From Mucilaginibacter sp. (GTDB lineage: Bacteria > Bacteroidota > Bacteroidia > Sphingobacteriales > Sphingobacteriaceae): a DNA stretch of 64,000 bases. The notes under the pieces were generated by a model that saw only the letters and a program-made list of their open reading frames with translations, had not been told where the DNA came from and ran no database searches. The DNA is taken from the NCBI RefSeq assembly GCF_028288185.1, contig NZ_JAQBOF010000004.1:177187-241186 (forward strand), written 5' to 3'. This document shows, piece after piece, positions 1 to 9,142 of the stretch; within the stretch, counting starts at the first letter, position 1, and each line of letters starts with the position of its first letter. The position numbers were made by a program, and so were the translations under genes.

Positions 1-467
1 TCAACTATTTCATCGTCATTGGTCGTCCATCTGAACCGTCCTGCACTACCTCCCAGTGTAGCCGTAATAAATCGCTCTGGGTGCAAAATAAGTAATTGCG
101 CGACAATATTTGCACCGAGCGAATAGCCAATAATATGCGCTTTTTCAATACCGAGATGATCCATCAGACGTACTATGTCCAATGCCATTTCTTTTCCGTA
201 CTGCTGTTGGGTATGAGGTTTGGCACTCAAGCCGTGGCCTCGCAGATCAAAGGCTACCACCCTGTAGTCTTTAGTAAGGTTTGGGAGTACGCCATTGGCT
301 ATCCAACCTTGAAGAGAACCCCCACGACCATGTACCAAAACTATCGGGACACCGGCACCTTGATCAATATAATGAATGTTAACACCGTTCGAATCAAAGT
401 ATTTGCCCTGGGCTACTATCGACTGGGTAATTACCAAGCCAAGCATTAAAAAAAATAGTCTTTTCAT
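1..467 (-). CDS. alpha/beta-fold hydrolase, secreted (runs off left edge; not in ORF track)
   Basis: Manual translation from ATG at 467: MKRLFFLMLGLVITQSIVAQGKYFDSNGVNIHYIDQGAGVPIVLVHGRGG...FDLRGHGLS...HIIGYSLGA; signal peptide, HG oxyanion motif, G-Y-S-L-G nucleophile elbow. Confidence 0.85.
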   Translation of the reverse strand, partial: MKRLFFLMLGLVITQSIVAQGKYFDSNGVNIHYIDQGAGVPIVLVHGRGGSLQGWIANGVLPNLTKDYRVVAFDLRGHGLSAKPHTQQQYGKEMALDIVRLMDHLGIEKAHIIGYSLGANIVAQLLILHPERFITATLGGSAGRFRWTTNDDEIV

Positions 468-602
468 AAGATTCAATTAGATAGGTCGGTAGCCGGTGCT
501 GTCACCGTGTCGCTAACATACAAAAAAGACTTTCAGATTCCAACCTATAGTGTAATATCTTAGAACGCGAACCTTATCTTTTTGCTCAAGCCTTCACCAA
601 CG

Positions 603-633
603 AAAAAAGCCCTTAGATCATCTCTAAGGGCTT
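603..633 (-). terminator. intrinsic terminator downstream of tRNA-fMet
   Basis: 11-bp stem AAGCCCTTAGA/TCTAAGGGCTT followed by U-run on minus strand. Confidence 0.8.
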
Positions 634-648
634 CTTAATCGTCTGAGG

Positions 649-721
<73 letters not shown>

Positions 722-805
722 CTGTTTTTGTTGGTATTACATAACGGACATAATCCCGAAATGTTTGTTCCAATTAGTAAAAAAGCGTTTTATGCCTCCT
801 TTTAA

Positions 806-844
806 TTGGACTGCAAAGATATAATTCGTTTCTTTGCAGTCCAA
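806..844. promoter_or_regulatory. overlapping divergent Bacteroidota sigma-A promoters (tRNA-fMet / era)
   Basis: TATCTTTG -7 box on minus (821-814), TTTCTTTG on plus (829-836), TTG -33 boxes 20 nt upstream of each. Confidence 0.55.
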
Positions 845-866
845 ATATTATTTTAATTATTTTTCA

Positions 867-1742
867 ATGGGTCATAAAGCAGGTTTTGTAAGCATAATTG
901 GTAAGCCAAACGCGGGTAAGTCAACCCTGATGAACGCGCTTGTTGGCGAAAAAATGTCTATCATCACCCCTAAGGCACAAACTACCCGTCACCGTATTTT
1001 GGGTATTGTTAATACAGACGAGTATCAAATTGTATTCTCTGATACCCCCGGTATTATTAAGCCACATTATGAGCTGCATGAGCGCATGATGCACCAGGTA
1101 GAAGGTTCTATTGTTGATGCCGACCTGATATTGTTGGTAACTGATATATACGAGGAGTACGATGAAGAGGATGTAATTAAAAAACTGGCCGGATCGCAGG
1201 CACCGCTATTGGTATTAGTTAACAAGATAGACCAAAGCGATGAGGAGGCAGTTAAGAAAAAGATAGAGTACTGGCAGGAAAAGCTGAATCCTAAAGCGGT
1301 TTTCGCTATTTCGGCCCTGCATGATCATAACGTTATCTCGGTAATGAACTTTGTTATAGAGCATTTGCCCGAGCATCCGCCTTATTACGAAAAGGATCAG
1401 TTAACAGACCGTAACGACAGGTTCTTCGCGTCAGAAATGATCCGTGCACAGATATTAAAACAATACAAAAAAGAAATCCCTTACAGTGCCGAGGTTATTG
1501 TGACCGCGTTTGTTGAGGGCGAAAAGCTGCACCGCATTAGCGCCGAGATAATTGTGGAGCGCGACAGCCAAAAGAACATTATTATTGGGGAGGGTGGTAA
1601 AATGCTGAAGATAGTAGGTACCTATGCCCGCCGCGATATGGAAGATTTTTTCCAAAAGAAAGTTTTCCTGGAGATGTTTGTTAAAGTAATACCCGATTGG
1701 CGCAGCAAAAAAAACTACCTGAAAAAATTTGGGTACGAATAA
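867..1742 (+). CDS. era: GTPase Era
   Basis: GKPNAGKS P-loop, QTTR, DTPG, NKID, C-terminal KH domain; ATG 867 preferred to TTG 834. Confidence 0.97.
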   Translation: MGHKAGFVSIIGKPNAGKSTLMNALVGEKMSIITPKAQTTRHRILGIVNTDEYQIVFSDTPGIIKPHYELHERMMHQVEGSIVDADLILLVTDIYEEYDEEDVIKKLAGSQAPLLVLVNKIDQSDEEAVKKKIEYWQEKLNPKAVFAISALHDHNVISVMNFVIEHLPEHPPYYEKDQLTDRNDRFFASEMIRAQILKQYKKEIPYSAEVIVTAFVEGEKLHRISAEIIVERDSQKNIIIGEGGKMLKIVGTYARRDMEDFFQKKVFLEMFVKVIPDWRSKKNYLKKFGYE

Positions 1743-1743
1743 A

Positions 1744-1858
1744 TAGTTATGAGTTGTGGGTTATGAGTTTTGAGTATTCGTAATTTTGCAACTGATATTA
1801 CTGAGTGGTAAAGTTTTTGAGTAGATACTCATAACTCACTACTCAAAACTTACAACTT
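1744..1858. repeat. inverted heptamer arrays (GAGTTNT / ANAACTC family)
   Basis: Five 7-mers 1744-1778 and five complementary 7-mers 1824-1858. Confidence 0.85.
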
Positions 1859-1862
1859 AAAA

Positions 1863-3164
1863 ATGAGTAACATAGTAGCCATAGTTGGCCGCCCCAATGT
1901 AGGCAAGTCAACCTTATATAACCGTTTAACCGAAACCCGCAAAGCTATTGTGGATGACTTTAGCGGCGTAACCCGCGACAGGCATTACGGTACATCCGAG
2001 TGGACACACCACGAGTTTACCGTTATTGATACCGGCGGCTACGTAGCCAACTCGAACGATGTGTTTGAGGCCGCTATCCGCGAGCAGGTAGTTATAGCTA
2101 TCGAAGAAGCATCGGTTATTTTGTTTTTGGTGGACGTTACCACCGGTATTACCGATCTGGATGATGAGATAGCAACCATATTGCGTAAAGGCAATAAGCC
2201 AACATTTGTGGTAGTTAACAAGGTTGATAACAATAACCAGCAATCAGACGCTACAGTATTTTACAGCCTAGGTTTAGGCGAGATCTACAATATCTCCTCC
2301 ATGACCGGCTCGGGCACCGGCGAATTGCTTGACGAAGTGGTTAAGCATTTTGATGAAGAAAAATTAGAAGAAAACACCCGCCCTAAATATGCTATTGTTG
2401 GCCGTCCTAACGTGGGTAAATCATCTATCATCAATTCATTGATCGGTAAGGACCGTAACATAGTTACCCCGATTGCCGGCACCACGCGCGATTCTATCCA
2501 CATACATTATAACCAATACGGTCATGATTTTATGCTGATAGATACTGCCGGTATGCGTAAAAAAACCAAGGTAAAAGAGAATATCGAATTTTACTCGGTT
2601 ATGCGTACCATTAAGGCTTTAGAAGAAGCGGATGTAGTGATACTGATGATAGATGCTGTTGAAGGTATCGAGTCGCAGGATGTCAACATCTTCCACCTGG
2701 CCGAGAAGAATAAGAAAGGCATAATGATTGTGGTAAACAAGTGGGATTTGATTGAAAAGAACAATAAAACCACAAAGGTTTTTGAGGACATGATCAAAGA
2801 AAAACTGCAGCCGTTTACCGATGTGCCTATTGTATTTACATCAGTTACCGAAAAACAACGTGTTTTAAAGGTGATTGACGTAGCTAACCAGGTTTACGAA
2901 AATCGCGCCCGCAAAATATCAACCTCAAAACTTAACGAAGTAATGCTGCCGATAATTGAACACTATCCGCCGCCATCATTAAAAGGCAAATACGTTAAAA
3001 TTAAATATATCACCCAGATAGCCGGTACATCGCCCATGTTTGCATTCTTTTGCAACCTGCCGCAATATGTTAAGGAACCGTATTACCGTTTCATCGAAAA
3101 TAAGATAAGAGAAAACTTTGAGTTTAGCGGCGCGCCTATACAGGTGTGGTTTAGACAGAAGTAG
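1863..3164 (+). CDS. der: ribosome biogenesis GTPase Der (EngA)
   Basis: Two tandem GRPNVGKS G-domains plus KH-like C-terminus. Confidence 0.97.
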   Translation: MSNIVAIVGRPNVGKSTLYNRLTETRKAIVDDFSGVTRDRHYGTSEWTHHEFTVIDTGGYVANSNDVFEAAIREQVVIAIEEASVILFLVDVTTGITDLDDEIATILRKGNKPTFVVVNKVDNNNQQSDATVFYSLGLGEIYNISSMTGSGTGELLDEVVKHFDEEKLEENTRPKYAIVGRPNVGKSSIINSLIGKDRNIVTPIAGTTRDSIHIHYNQYGHDFMLIDTAGMRKKTKVKENIEFYSVMRTIKALEEADVVILMIDAVEGIESQDVNIFHLAEKNKKGIMIVVNKWDLIEKNNKTTKVFEDMIKEKLQPFTDVPIVFTSVTEKQRVLKVIDVANQVYENRARKISTSKLNEVMLPIIEHYPPPSLKGKYVKIKYITQIAGTSPMFAFFCNLPQYVKEPYYRFIENKIRENFEFSGAPIQVWFRQK

Positions 3165-3229
3165 ATGTGTAGATAGGTAAATGACGAATGTGCTCATCAA
3201 ATATCTGCACATCTGCATATCCCCACATT
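3163..3229. repeat. inverted 8-nt-period repeat hairpin between convergent genes
   Basis: AGATGTGT AGATAGGT ... ATCTGCAC ATCTGCAT ATCCCCAC. Confidence 0.6.
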
Positions 3230-4808
3230 ACAAAATTTCCACGGCTTTTTGCACCGCGGGATCATCCGCATTGATAGTCTTAAAATAGGCTTCATCGCCC
3301 CATTTAAAGCGGGCCGCGAAAGCTTTAAGCAGGACTTTTATATTTTGTTTGGAGGTAACCACCTCTCGCGGGTCTATGTTCTTTACTGTTTGTGAAGCAT
3401 ACAATATAAAATTACCCAGGTCGGCATCCGTAACAGTGTATTGCTTGAAAAAATCATCGGCAGTGTACTTGTTTAACACTGGTTGCATATGGTCAATCAC
3501 ATAAGCCGAGAAAAGCTGCTTGTTGCTTAGCACACGTATCAGGTAAGTATTTTGTGTGGTATCGGCAGGTACAAAAATATCCGGCATAATACCACCGCCG
3601 CTAAATACCTTTCGGCCTGTGGATGTATGGTAATTAGTAGGCTTAATAAAAGCGCTATCCTTTAAATTACTTTCTTCCGAAAATAACTCGCCTTTGCGCA
3701 TCCGCTGCGCCAGTTCGTTGCGATAGCTCTCAACCCCGTTGCTATACGATTTTTGGATAGAACGCCCTGATGGCGTGTAATACCTTGCGATAGTTAAATT
3801 AACTGCCGAGCCATCGCCAAACGGAAATTGCTCCTGCACTAAGCCTTTGCCAAACGAGCGGCGGCCTATAATTACGGCACGGTCCAAATCTTGTAAGGCC
3901 CCTGCCAATATCTCACTGGCTGATGCCGAATATTCATCTATCAATACCGCTAGTTTTCCGTGCTGGAAATTGCCCGAGTCTGTAGCGAAATAATCGGTAC
4001 GCGGGTCATGCACGCCTTTGGTAAAAACTATGAGTTGTTTTTTGGTTAAAAATTCATCAGCCAATGCAGTTGCGGTATTGAGGTAGCCGCCGCCATTACC
4101 GCGTATATCCAGTACTAGTTTTTGCATGCCGTCAATTTTTAATTTGATCAGCGCCTTGCGGAAATCAGCATCGGTAGTTGAGGCAAATTTGCTTATTTTG
4201 ATATAGCCGGTTGTTGCATTAAGCATATAGGCGGCATCCATGCTGCTTAGGTTAACATGAGCGCGTTTTATATTGCAAAACTTAATAGTTTTGCTACCGG
4301 CCGGGATTATTGCCATCAGTAATTGCGAATCTTTAACACCTCTGAAAGCTTTTGAAACTTTAGGCACCGTTAACAGCGTGCCCGAAAAATTTTGATGATC
4401 TACTTCAATAACCCTGTCGCCGGGCCTAACGCCCGCTTTAGCCGCGGGGCCATTAACGCTAACCTGGGTTATAACCAGGGTGTCGCGCAGCAAAAGATAT
4501 TCGACACCGATGCCTGTAAAACCGCCCTCCAATCGTTCGTTAATGGATGTAGCTTGTTGCGGGGGTAGATAAAGCGAATGAGGATCAAGGTTTTGCAGTA
4601 AGTTATTTACGGTCGATCCCTCAATGCTATCCACATTTACAGAGTCGACATAATTATGCCTAACCAGCTCCAAAACTTTGGATACCTTGTCTTTACTATC
4701 GAACGAAATGCCGGTATTAAGGTCGCGATTGGTCATTAATATGCCAATAATAGCACCCAGCAAAAGCAGGATAACCGATCTGAAAATAATACCCGCTGCT
4801 TTTTTCAT
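3228..4808 (-). CDS. S41 family C-terminal processing peptidase (CtpA-like, PDZ)
   Basis: LDPHS, PDZ, DIRGNGGG, SASASEI, GKGLVQ motifs. Confidence 0.92.
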   Translation of the reverse strand: MKKAAGIIFRSVILLLLGAIIGILMTNRDLNTGISFDSKDKVSKVLELVRHNYVDSVNVDSIEGSTVNNLLQNLDPHSLYLPPQQATSINERLEGGFTGIGVEYLLLRDTLVITQVSVNGPAAKAGVRPGDRVIEVDHQNFSGTLLTVPKVSKAFRGVKDSQLLMAIIPAGSKTIKFCNIKRAHVNLSSMDAAYMLNATTGYIKISKFASTTDADFRKALIKLKIDGMQKLVLDIRGNGGGYLNTATALADEFLTKKQLIVFTKGVHDPRTDYFATDSGNFQHGKLAVLIDEYSASASEILAGALQDLDRAVIIGRRSFGKGLVQEQFPFGDGSAVNLTIARYYTPSGRSIQKSYSNGVESYRNELAQRMRKGELFSEESNLKDSAFIKPTNYHTSTGRKVFSGGGIMPDIFVPADTTQNTYLIRVLSNKQLFSAYVIDHMQPVLNKYTADDFFKQYTVTDADLGNFILYASQTVKNIDPREVVTSKQNIKVLLKAFAARFKWGDEAYFKTINADDPAVQKAVEIL

Positions 4809-4920
4809 AATTATACTGATACAAAACTACTGATTTGTGTTGATAGCCTGTGTATTTAGTAAATCAATAATTAAACCATATCAGTAATTTTACCGAATTT
4901 TGGCAAATAAACATCAAAAA

Positions 4921-5754
4921 ATGCAAACTACAACCGAAAGAGACTCGCACTACAACAACCTTGAACAGATGACCGTAGCCGAGATCCTTCAAAATATAAA
5001 TAAGGAGGACCAGACTGTTGCCCTATCAGTAAGCAAAGCCATACCGCAAATTGAAAAACTAGCTACGGTTGTAACCGAACGTATGAAAGCCGGCGGCCGG
5101 TTATTTTACATAGGCGCAGGTACCAGCGGGCGGTTAGGTGTGGTTGACGCTTCGGAATGTCCGCCAACGTTCGGTGTTCCGTTTGATATGGTGGTAGGTA
5201 TTATTGCCGGTGGCGATGGCGCTATACGCAAAGCCGTTGAGTTTGCCGAAGATGATGCAGAGCAAGCCTGGAAAGACCTGTCGGCTTTTAATATTACAGA
5301 TAAAGATGTTGTGGTAGGCATAGCCGCATCGGGCACTACGCCCTATGTTATAGGCGGATTAAAAACTGCTAATCAAAATAAAATTGCTACCGGTTGCGTT
5401 GTTTGTAACAGTGGCAGCCCGGTGGCTGCCATAGCCAATTACCCAGTAGAAGTTGTTACCGGCCCCGAGTTTTTAACAGGCAGTACCCGCATGAAAGCAG
5501 GCACCGCCCAAAAGTTGGTTTTGAATATGCTAACCACTACGGTTATGATACAATTGGGCAGGGTAAGGGGTAATAAAATGGTGGACATGCAACTATCAAA
5601 CCATAAACTGGTAGACCGTGCCGCTAAAATGGTAATGGCCGAAACAGGGGTAGACGAAACCACTGCCGCGGACCTGCTAAAGAAAAACGGAAGCGTACGT
5701 AAAGCGGTAGATTTTTATAGAAATAATAAGCCCCACCCAAACCCTCCCCGGTAG
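4921..5754 (+). CDS. murQ: N-acetylmuramic acid 6-phosphate etherase
   Basis: GAGTSGRLG..DASECPPTFG, GSTRMKAGTAQK, GNKMVD; ATG 4921 preferred. Confidence 0.95.
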   Translation: MQTTTERDSHYNNLEQMTVAEILQNINKEDQTVALSVSKAIPQIEKLATVVTERMKAGGRLFYIGAGTSGRLGVVDASECPPTFGVPFDMVVGIIAGGDGAIRKAVEFAEDDAEQAWKDLSAFNITDKDVVVGIAASGTTPYVIGGLKTANQNKIATGCVVCNSGSPVAAIANYPVEVVTGPEFLTGSTRMKAGTAQKLVLNMLTTTVMIQLGRVRGNKMVDMQLSNHKLVDRAAKMVMAETGVDETTAADLLKKNGSVRKAVDFYRNNKPHPNPPR

Positions 5755-5833
5755 GGAGGGCTTTAAATGAGGCTTTTAAATAAAACATAGAATAAAACAA
5801 AAGTCTCCCCTACCGGGGGAGATTTAGAGGGGC
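5730..5833. repeat. REP-like doublet, family A (two inverted CCCTCCCC..GGGGAGGG palindromes)
   Basis: End segments match the reverse complement of 22078-22174; spacer differs. Confidence 0.85.
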
Positions 5834-5843
5834 TGAGGGCTAA

Positions 5844-6410
5844 ATGCACGAAATAGAACCATATTATAAATGGAGGGATGACTACATAGCATCAGAAGAC
5901 GAGTATTCGCCTTTTTATGCTACGCAGTATAATGAGTTTGAATTTGATAAGCAGATCTACAATTACTTGCTGCATCCGCAATGGGATTCGTTTGGGTCAA
6001 ATACTTTGTATATGAAAGTACTGTATGCCGATTATGACCGTTCTTATGCCATAATAGAGTTTATAGGCGAGTGGAATGATGCCATTAACAATGACATTAT
6101 GATGCTTAAACGCGAGATCATTGAGTTGATGATTGATAATGGCATCAATCAATTTATATTGATAGGCGAGAATGTACTGAATTTTCATTCGTCTGACGAT
6201 TGTTATTACGAAGAATGGTTCCAGGATGTAGAGGATGGCTGGATAGCCGGTATCAACTTCAGAGATCATGTAATACAGGAATTTAAACGTAATAATATCG
6301 ACTACTATATTAACTTTGGCGGTGAGTTGGATGATCTGAACTGGCGCGCATTAAAGCCATTACAACTGTTTAAGAAAGTGGAAGAACAGCTTACTAAAAG
6401 ACTGAATTAG
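5844..6410 (+). CDS. hypothetical protein (acidic, aromatic-rich)
   Basis: 188-aa ORF with host-like composition; no motif recognised. Confidence 0.8.
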   Translation: MHEIEPYYKWRDDYIASEDEYSPFYATQYNEFEFDKQIYNYLLHPQWDSFGSNTLYMKVLYADYDRSYAIIEFIGEWNDAINNDIMMLKREIIELMIDNGINQFILIGENVLNFHSSDDCYYEEWFQDVEDGWIAGINFRDHVIQEFKRNNIDYYINFGGELDDLNWRALKPLQLFKKVEEQLTKRLN

Positions 6411-6482
6411 AGAATCAAGAAATAAGAGCCAAGAATCAAGACAAAGTAAAATCTTGTTTCCTGATTATTAATTCTTGATTCT
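6411..6482. repeat. inverted heptamer arrays (AGAATCA family)
   Basis: AGAATCA AGAAATA AGAGCCA AGAATCA AGACAAA ... TGTTTCC TGATTAT TAATTCT TGATTCT. Confidence 0.8.
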
Positions 6483-6525
6483 ATTTAAGTAAATTTGTAT
6501 ATCAATTAAAAACAATAATTTAAAA

Positions 6526-7257
6526 ATGGAAAGTAATAATCCAAACTACGTTTACGAAAACGTAACCCAAATAAACGATACTGACGCATCGCGTAAGTTT
6601 TTAGCAAATGTTTTTTTATGGATGTTTGTAGCTTTAGGCGTATCAACATTTGCCGCCTATTCTTTTGCAAACACCCCTTCATTGTTGCAACTATTGGTTG
6701 ATGAATCAACACATCAATTAACCATATTTGCTTATATAGCTATGTTTTCGCCGTTAGCGTTTGTGCTTTTAATTCGTTTTGGTTTAAACAGTATATCTTA
6801 TCCAATTTTAGGATTGCTATTTATTGCTTATGCGGCTTTAACTGGTATTAGTTTAAGCTTTATATTGCTGGTTTATACAGCAAGCTCTGTTATCAGTGTA
6901 TTTTTAACTGCATCACTATTGTTCGGTGTAATGGCTGTTGCAGGTTATACCACGAACCAGGATCTAACTAAATTTGGTTCGATCATGATCATGCTGCTAT
7001 TTGGCATCATCATAGCCAGTTTGGTAAACTTCTTTTTACATAGCACTGGTCTAGATTTAATTATTTCTTACGTAGGTGTAGCCGTGTTTGTTGGCTTAAC
7101 TGCTTATGATGTACAAAAGCTAAAACGTATTGGTGCCGGTTTAGAATATGGCGATGCGTCTGCAAAGAAATATGCTTTAATGGGCGGCTTAACCCTGTAT
7201 CTTGATTTTATCAATCTTTTCCTGATGCTATTGCGCGTTTTCGGCAGAAGAAGATAA
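6526..7257 (+). CDS. Bax inhibitor-1/YccA family membrane protein
   Basis: About 7 TM helices; AYDVQKLK and ALxxxxxLYLDFINLF signature. Confidence 0.92.
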   Translation: MESNNPNYVYENVTQINDTDASRKFLANVFLWMFVALGVSTFAAYSFANTPSLLQLLVDESTHQLTIFAYIAMFSPLAFVLLIRFGLNSISYPILGLLFIAYAALTGISLSFILLVYTASSVISVFLTASLLFGVMAVAGYTTNQDLTKFGSIMIMLLFGIIIASLVNFFLHSTGLDLIISYVGVAVFVGLTAYDVQKLKRIGAGLEYGDASAKKYALMGGLTLYLDFINLFLMLLRVFGRRR

Positions 7258-7276
7258 TCAGCTAAAAAAGTTGATC

Positions 7277-7318
7277 AAAAGAAAAGCCGCCTCAAGTACT
7301 TGAGGCGGCTTTTCTTTT
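7277..7318. terminator. bidirectional intrinsic terminator
   Basis: AAAAGAAAAGCCGCCTCAAG-TA-CTTGAGGCGGCTTTTCTTTT between convergent genes. Confidence 0.9.
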
Positions 7319-7335
7319 GAAGGTATTTATCGAGC

Positions 7336-8760
7336 CTAATTCATCCCCACATGCCCTTTAACCGAATCAAATATTTGCTGCGAATCAAAACCTACTCCGT
7401 TTTTAAACACCAATTCGGTTTTGCGGATATTTTTTATGTTGCTGGTAATGTCACCGCCAATTAAAACCATATCGGCATTTTTGCCTGTGGCTAGGGTGCC
7501 TATTTCATTTTGCCGGTTAAGGTAAATAGCGCCATTAAGCGTGCATATTTTTATAGCCTGCTCAGGCGTAAAACCAGCCTCGGCAAGCAATTCAATTTCG
7601 CGGTGATTGGAATAGCCCGCTATAACACGGCCGTATCCGGTAGGATCACTACCGGCCAGAAGTAAGCCGCCCATATCATAAAACTGTTTTTCCCATACCA
7701 GCTCTTTTTTAAATAAGGCTACCGCATTGCCATCCTTGCCTTGTTGCGCCTGGCAAAGCTTTTCAAGCGGTTCTCTTATTTCTGTTATCAACGCACTTCC
7801 TGCATCACCCGGAAAAGCCTCGCGACCGGTAAACGGCTCAAATACAGGTAGGGTTGAAGTAAGGGCTACGTGTTTACTGATAAGATATTGCATTAAATCC
7901 TTCATTTTTGCGCTTTTTATCGACAGTTTCAATAAAGATAATTTTTGATTGTAGTCGTTTATTTTATCGGGCACCTTCAAACTATCAAAGTCTGAACTGG
8001 GTTCAAAACCATGCTCCAGGTTATCAATGCCCATAGCGGCCGCCTCACGATAGGTAACCGCACCAATATGCCCCGTTACTTTTAAATTTCGTTTATGAGC
8101 TTCGGCTATTACAGCCGCCATATCGGCACGTGTGGCATGTACATATACTTTAAAAGAGGTACAGCCACGATCAGCCCAAAAGTTGGCGGTTGTTGCGGCA
8201 TCCTTAGGTCCATTTATGATATTTAACGAAGGAATGTCATAGTTAGAAGCCTCTTCAAAATACGGAGCAGTAACATCCATATTAGGGCCTATCATTTTCC
8301 CTTCATTTATCATTCTTTTTAAATTAAGATCTGTTTGCGGTTCAATACTACCACCGGTTCTGATGGTAGTTGCCCCACCAGCAAAATACAGGCGTGGAAA
8401 AGACCATGGCATTTCTGCAATATTAAAATGGCTGCCGGCCATTACTGTATAAAATAGATGTTCATGCAGCATTACTAGTCCTGGGATAAGGGTTTTACCT
8501 GTACCATCAATAACCTGTATCCCGGCAGTTAATTTAACCTTATTATAAATACCTACACGCTCAATTTTGCCATTAGTTACAATAACTGTTTGATCGGGCA
8601 TGGCCGGGTTTCCTGTTCCATCTACAATTTTAACATGGGTAATTGCAAAAGTGGGCGTGTTGATTTTGATATATGCCGCCACATCAGATGCAAACTGTTG
8701 CGGGAAACATTTGAACCACAAGCATAAAAATATAACAGTAAGTATGCAGGATTTTTTCAT
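7336..8760 (-). CDS. secreted amidohydrolase family protein
   Basis: IDGTGKTLIPGL..HEH metal motif, GSD, GTLATGKNADMV; signal peptide. Confidence 0.88.
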   Translation of the reverse strand: MKKSCILTVIFLCLWFKCFPQQFASDVAAYIKINTPTFAITHVKIVDGTGNPAMPDQTVIVTNGKIERVGIYNKVKLTAGIQVIDGTGKTLIPGLVMLHEHLFYTVMAGSHFNIAEMPWSFPRLYFAGGATTIRTGGSIEPQTDLNLKRMINEGKMIGPNMDVTAPYFEEASNYDIPSLNIINGPKDAATTANFWADRGCTSFKVYVHATRADMAAVIAEAHKRNLKVTGHIGAVTYREAAAMGIDNLEHGFEPSSDFDSLKVPDKINDYNQKLSLLKLSIKSAKMKDLMQYLISKHVALTSTLPVFEPFTGREAFPGDAGSALITEIREPLEKLCQAQQGKDGNAVALFKKELVWEKQFYDMGGLLLAGSDPTGYGRVIAGYSNHREIELLAEAGFTPEQAIKICTLNGAIYLNRQNEIGTLATGKNADMVLIGGDITSNIKNIRKTELVFKNGVGFDSQQIFDSVKGHVGMN

Positions 8761-8883
8761 GGTTACAATTTAGTTATTTATAAATAATATTTGATAATAA
8801 CTTAAATGTCAATTTATTAAATGATGACTAATCACAACAGAAGTGGGCTTGCACTTTACCAAATAATTACGCATCTTTGCGTT

Positions 8884-9031
8884 GCTTATAGAGAAAGACG
8901 GAGGGATTAGACCCTGCGATGTCTTAGCAACCTGTGCTTCACAAGGTGCTACATTCTACTTATCAAGCCAAAAGGCAGATAGGACAGATAAGCGAAAGTC
9001 AATTTACTACCCGACTTTTCGATATAAGCAC
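8884..9031 (+). ncRNA. SAM riboswitch, SAM-I/IV-type architecture, upstream of metH
   Basis: P1 GCTTAT/ATAAGC, GAGGGA..CCCT P2, GCAACC..GGTGC P3 core, P4, 3' P5 hairpin (GAAAGTC/GACTTTTC), and L3 GTGCTT (8934-8939) complementary to tail AAGCAC (9026-9031) = PK-2; CATCTTTG promoter box at 8872-8879. Confidence 0.85.
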
Positions 9032-9036
9032 TTTTT

Positions 9037-9137
9037 AGTATCAAGTAATTAGTATCAAGTAGCAAGATGTTTTTTATTGCGAAGGGATAACTAATAACAA
9101 GGAAATACTTGCTACTTGATACTAATTACTTGATACC
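9037..9137. repeat. inverted heptamer arrays (AGTATCA family), 29-bp perfect IR
   Basis: 9038-9066 is the exact reverse complement of 9108-9136. Confidence 0.9.
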
Positions 9138-9142
9138 AACAC

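Noticed and set aside
96-449. 117-aa plus-strand ORF
   Set aside because: Antisense shadow of the alpha/beta hydrolase on the minus strand, which has clear motifs.
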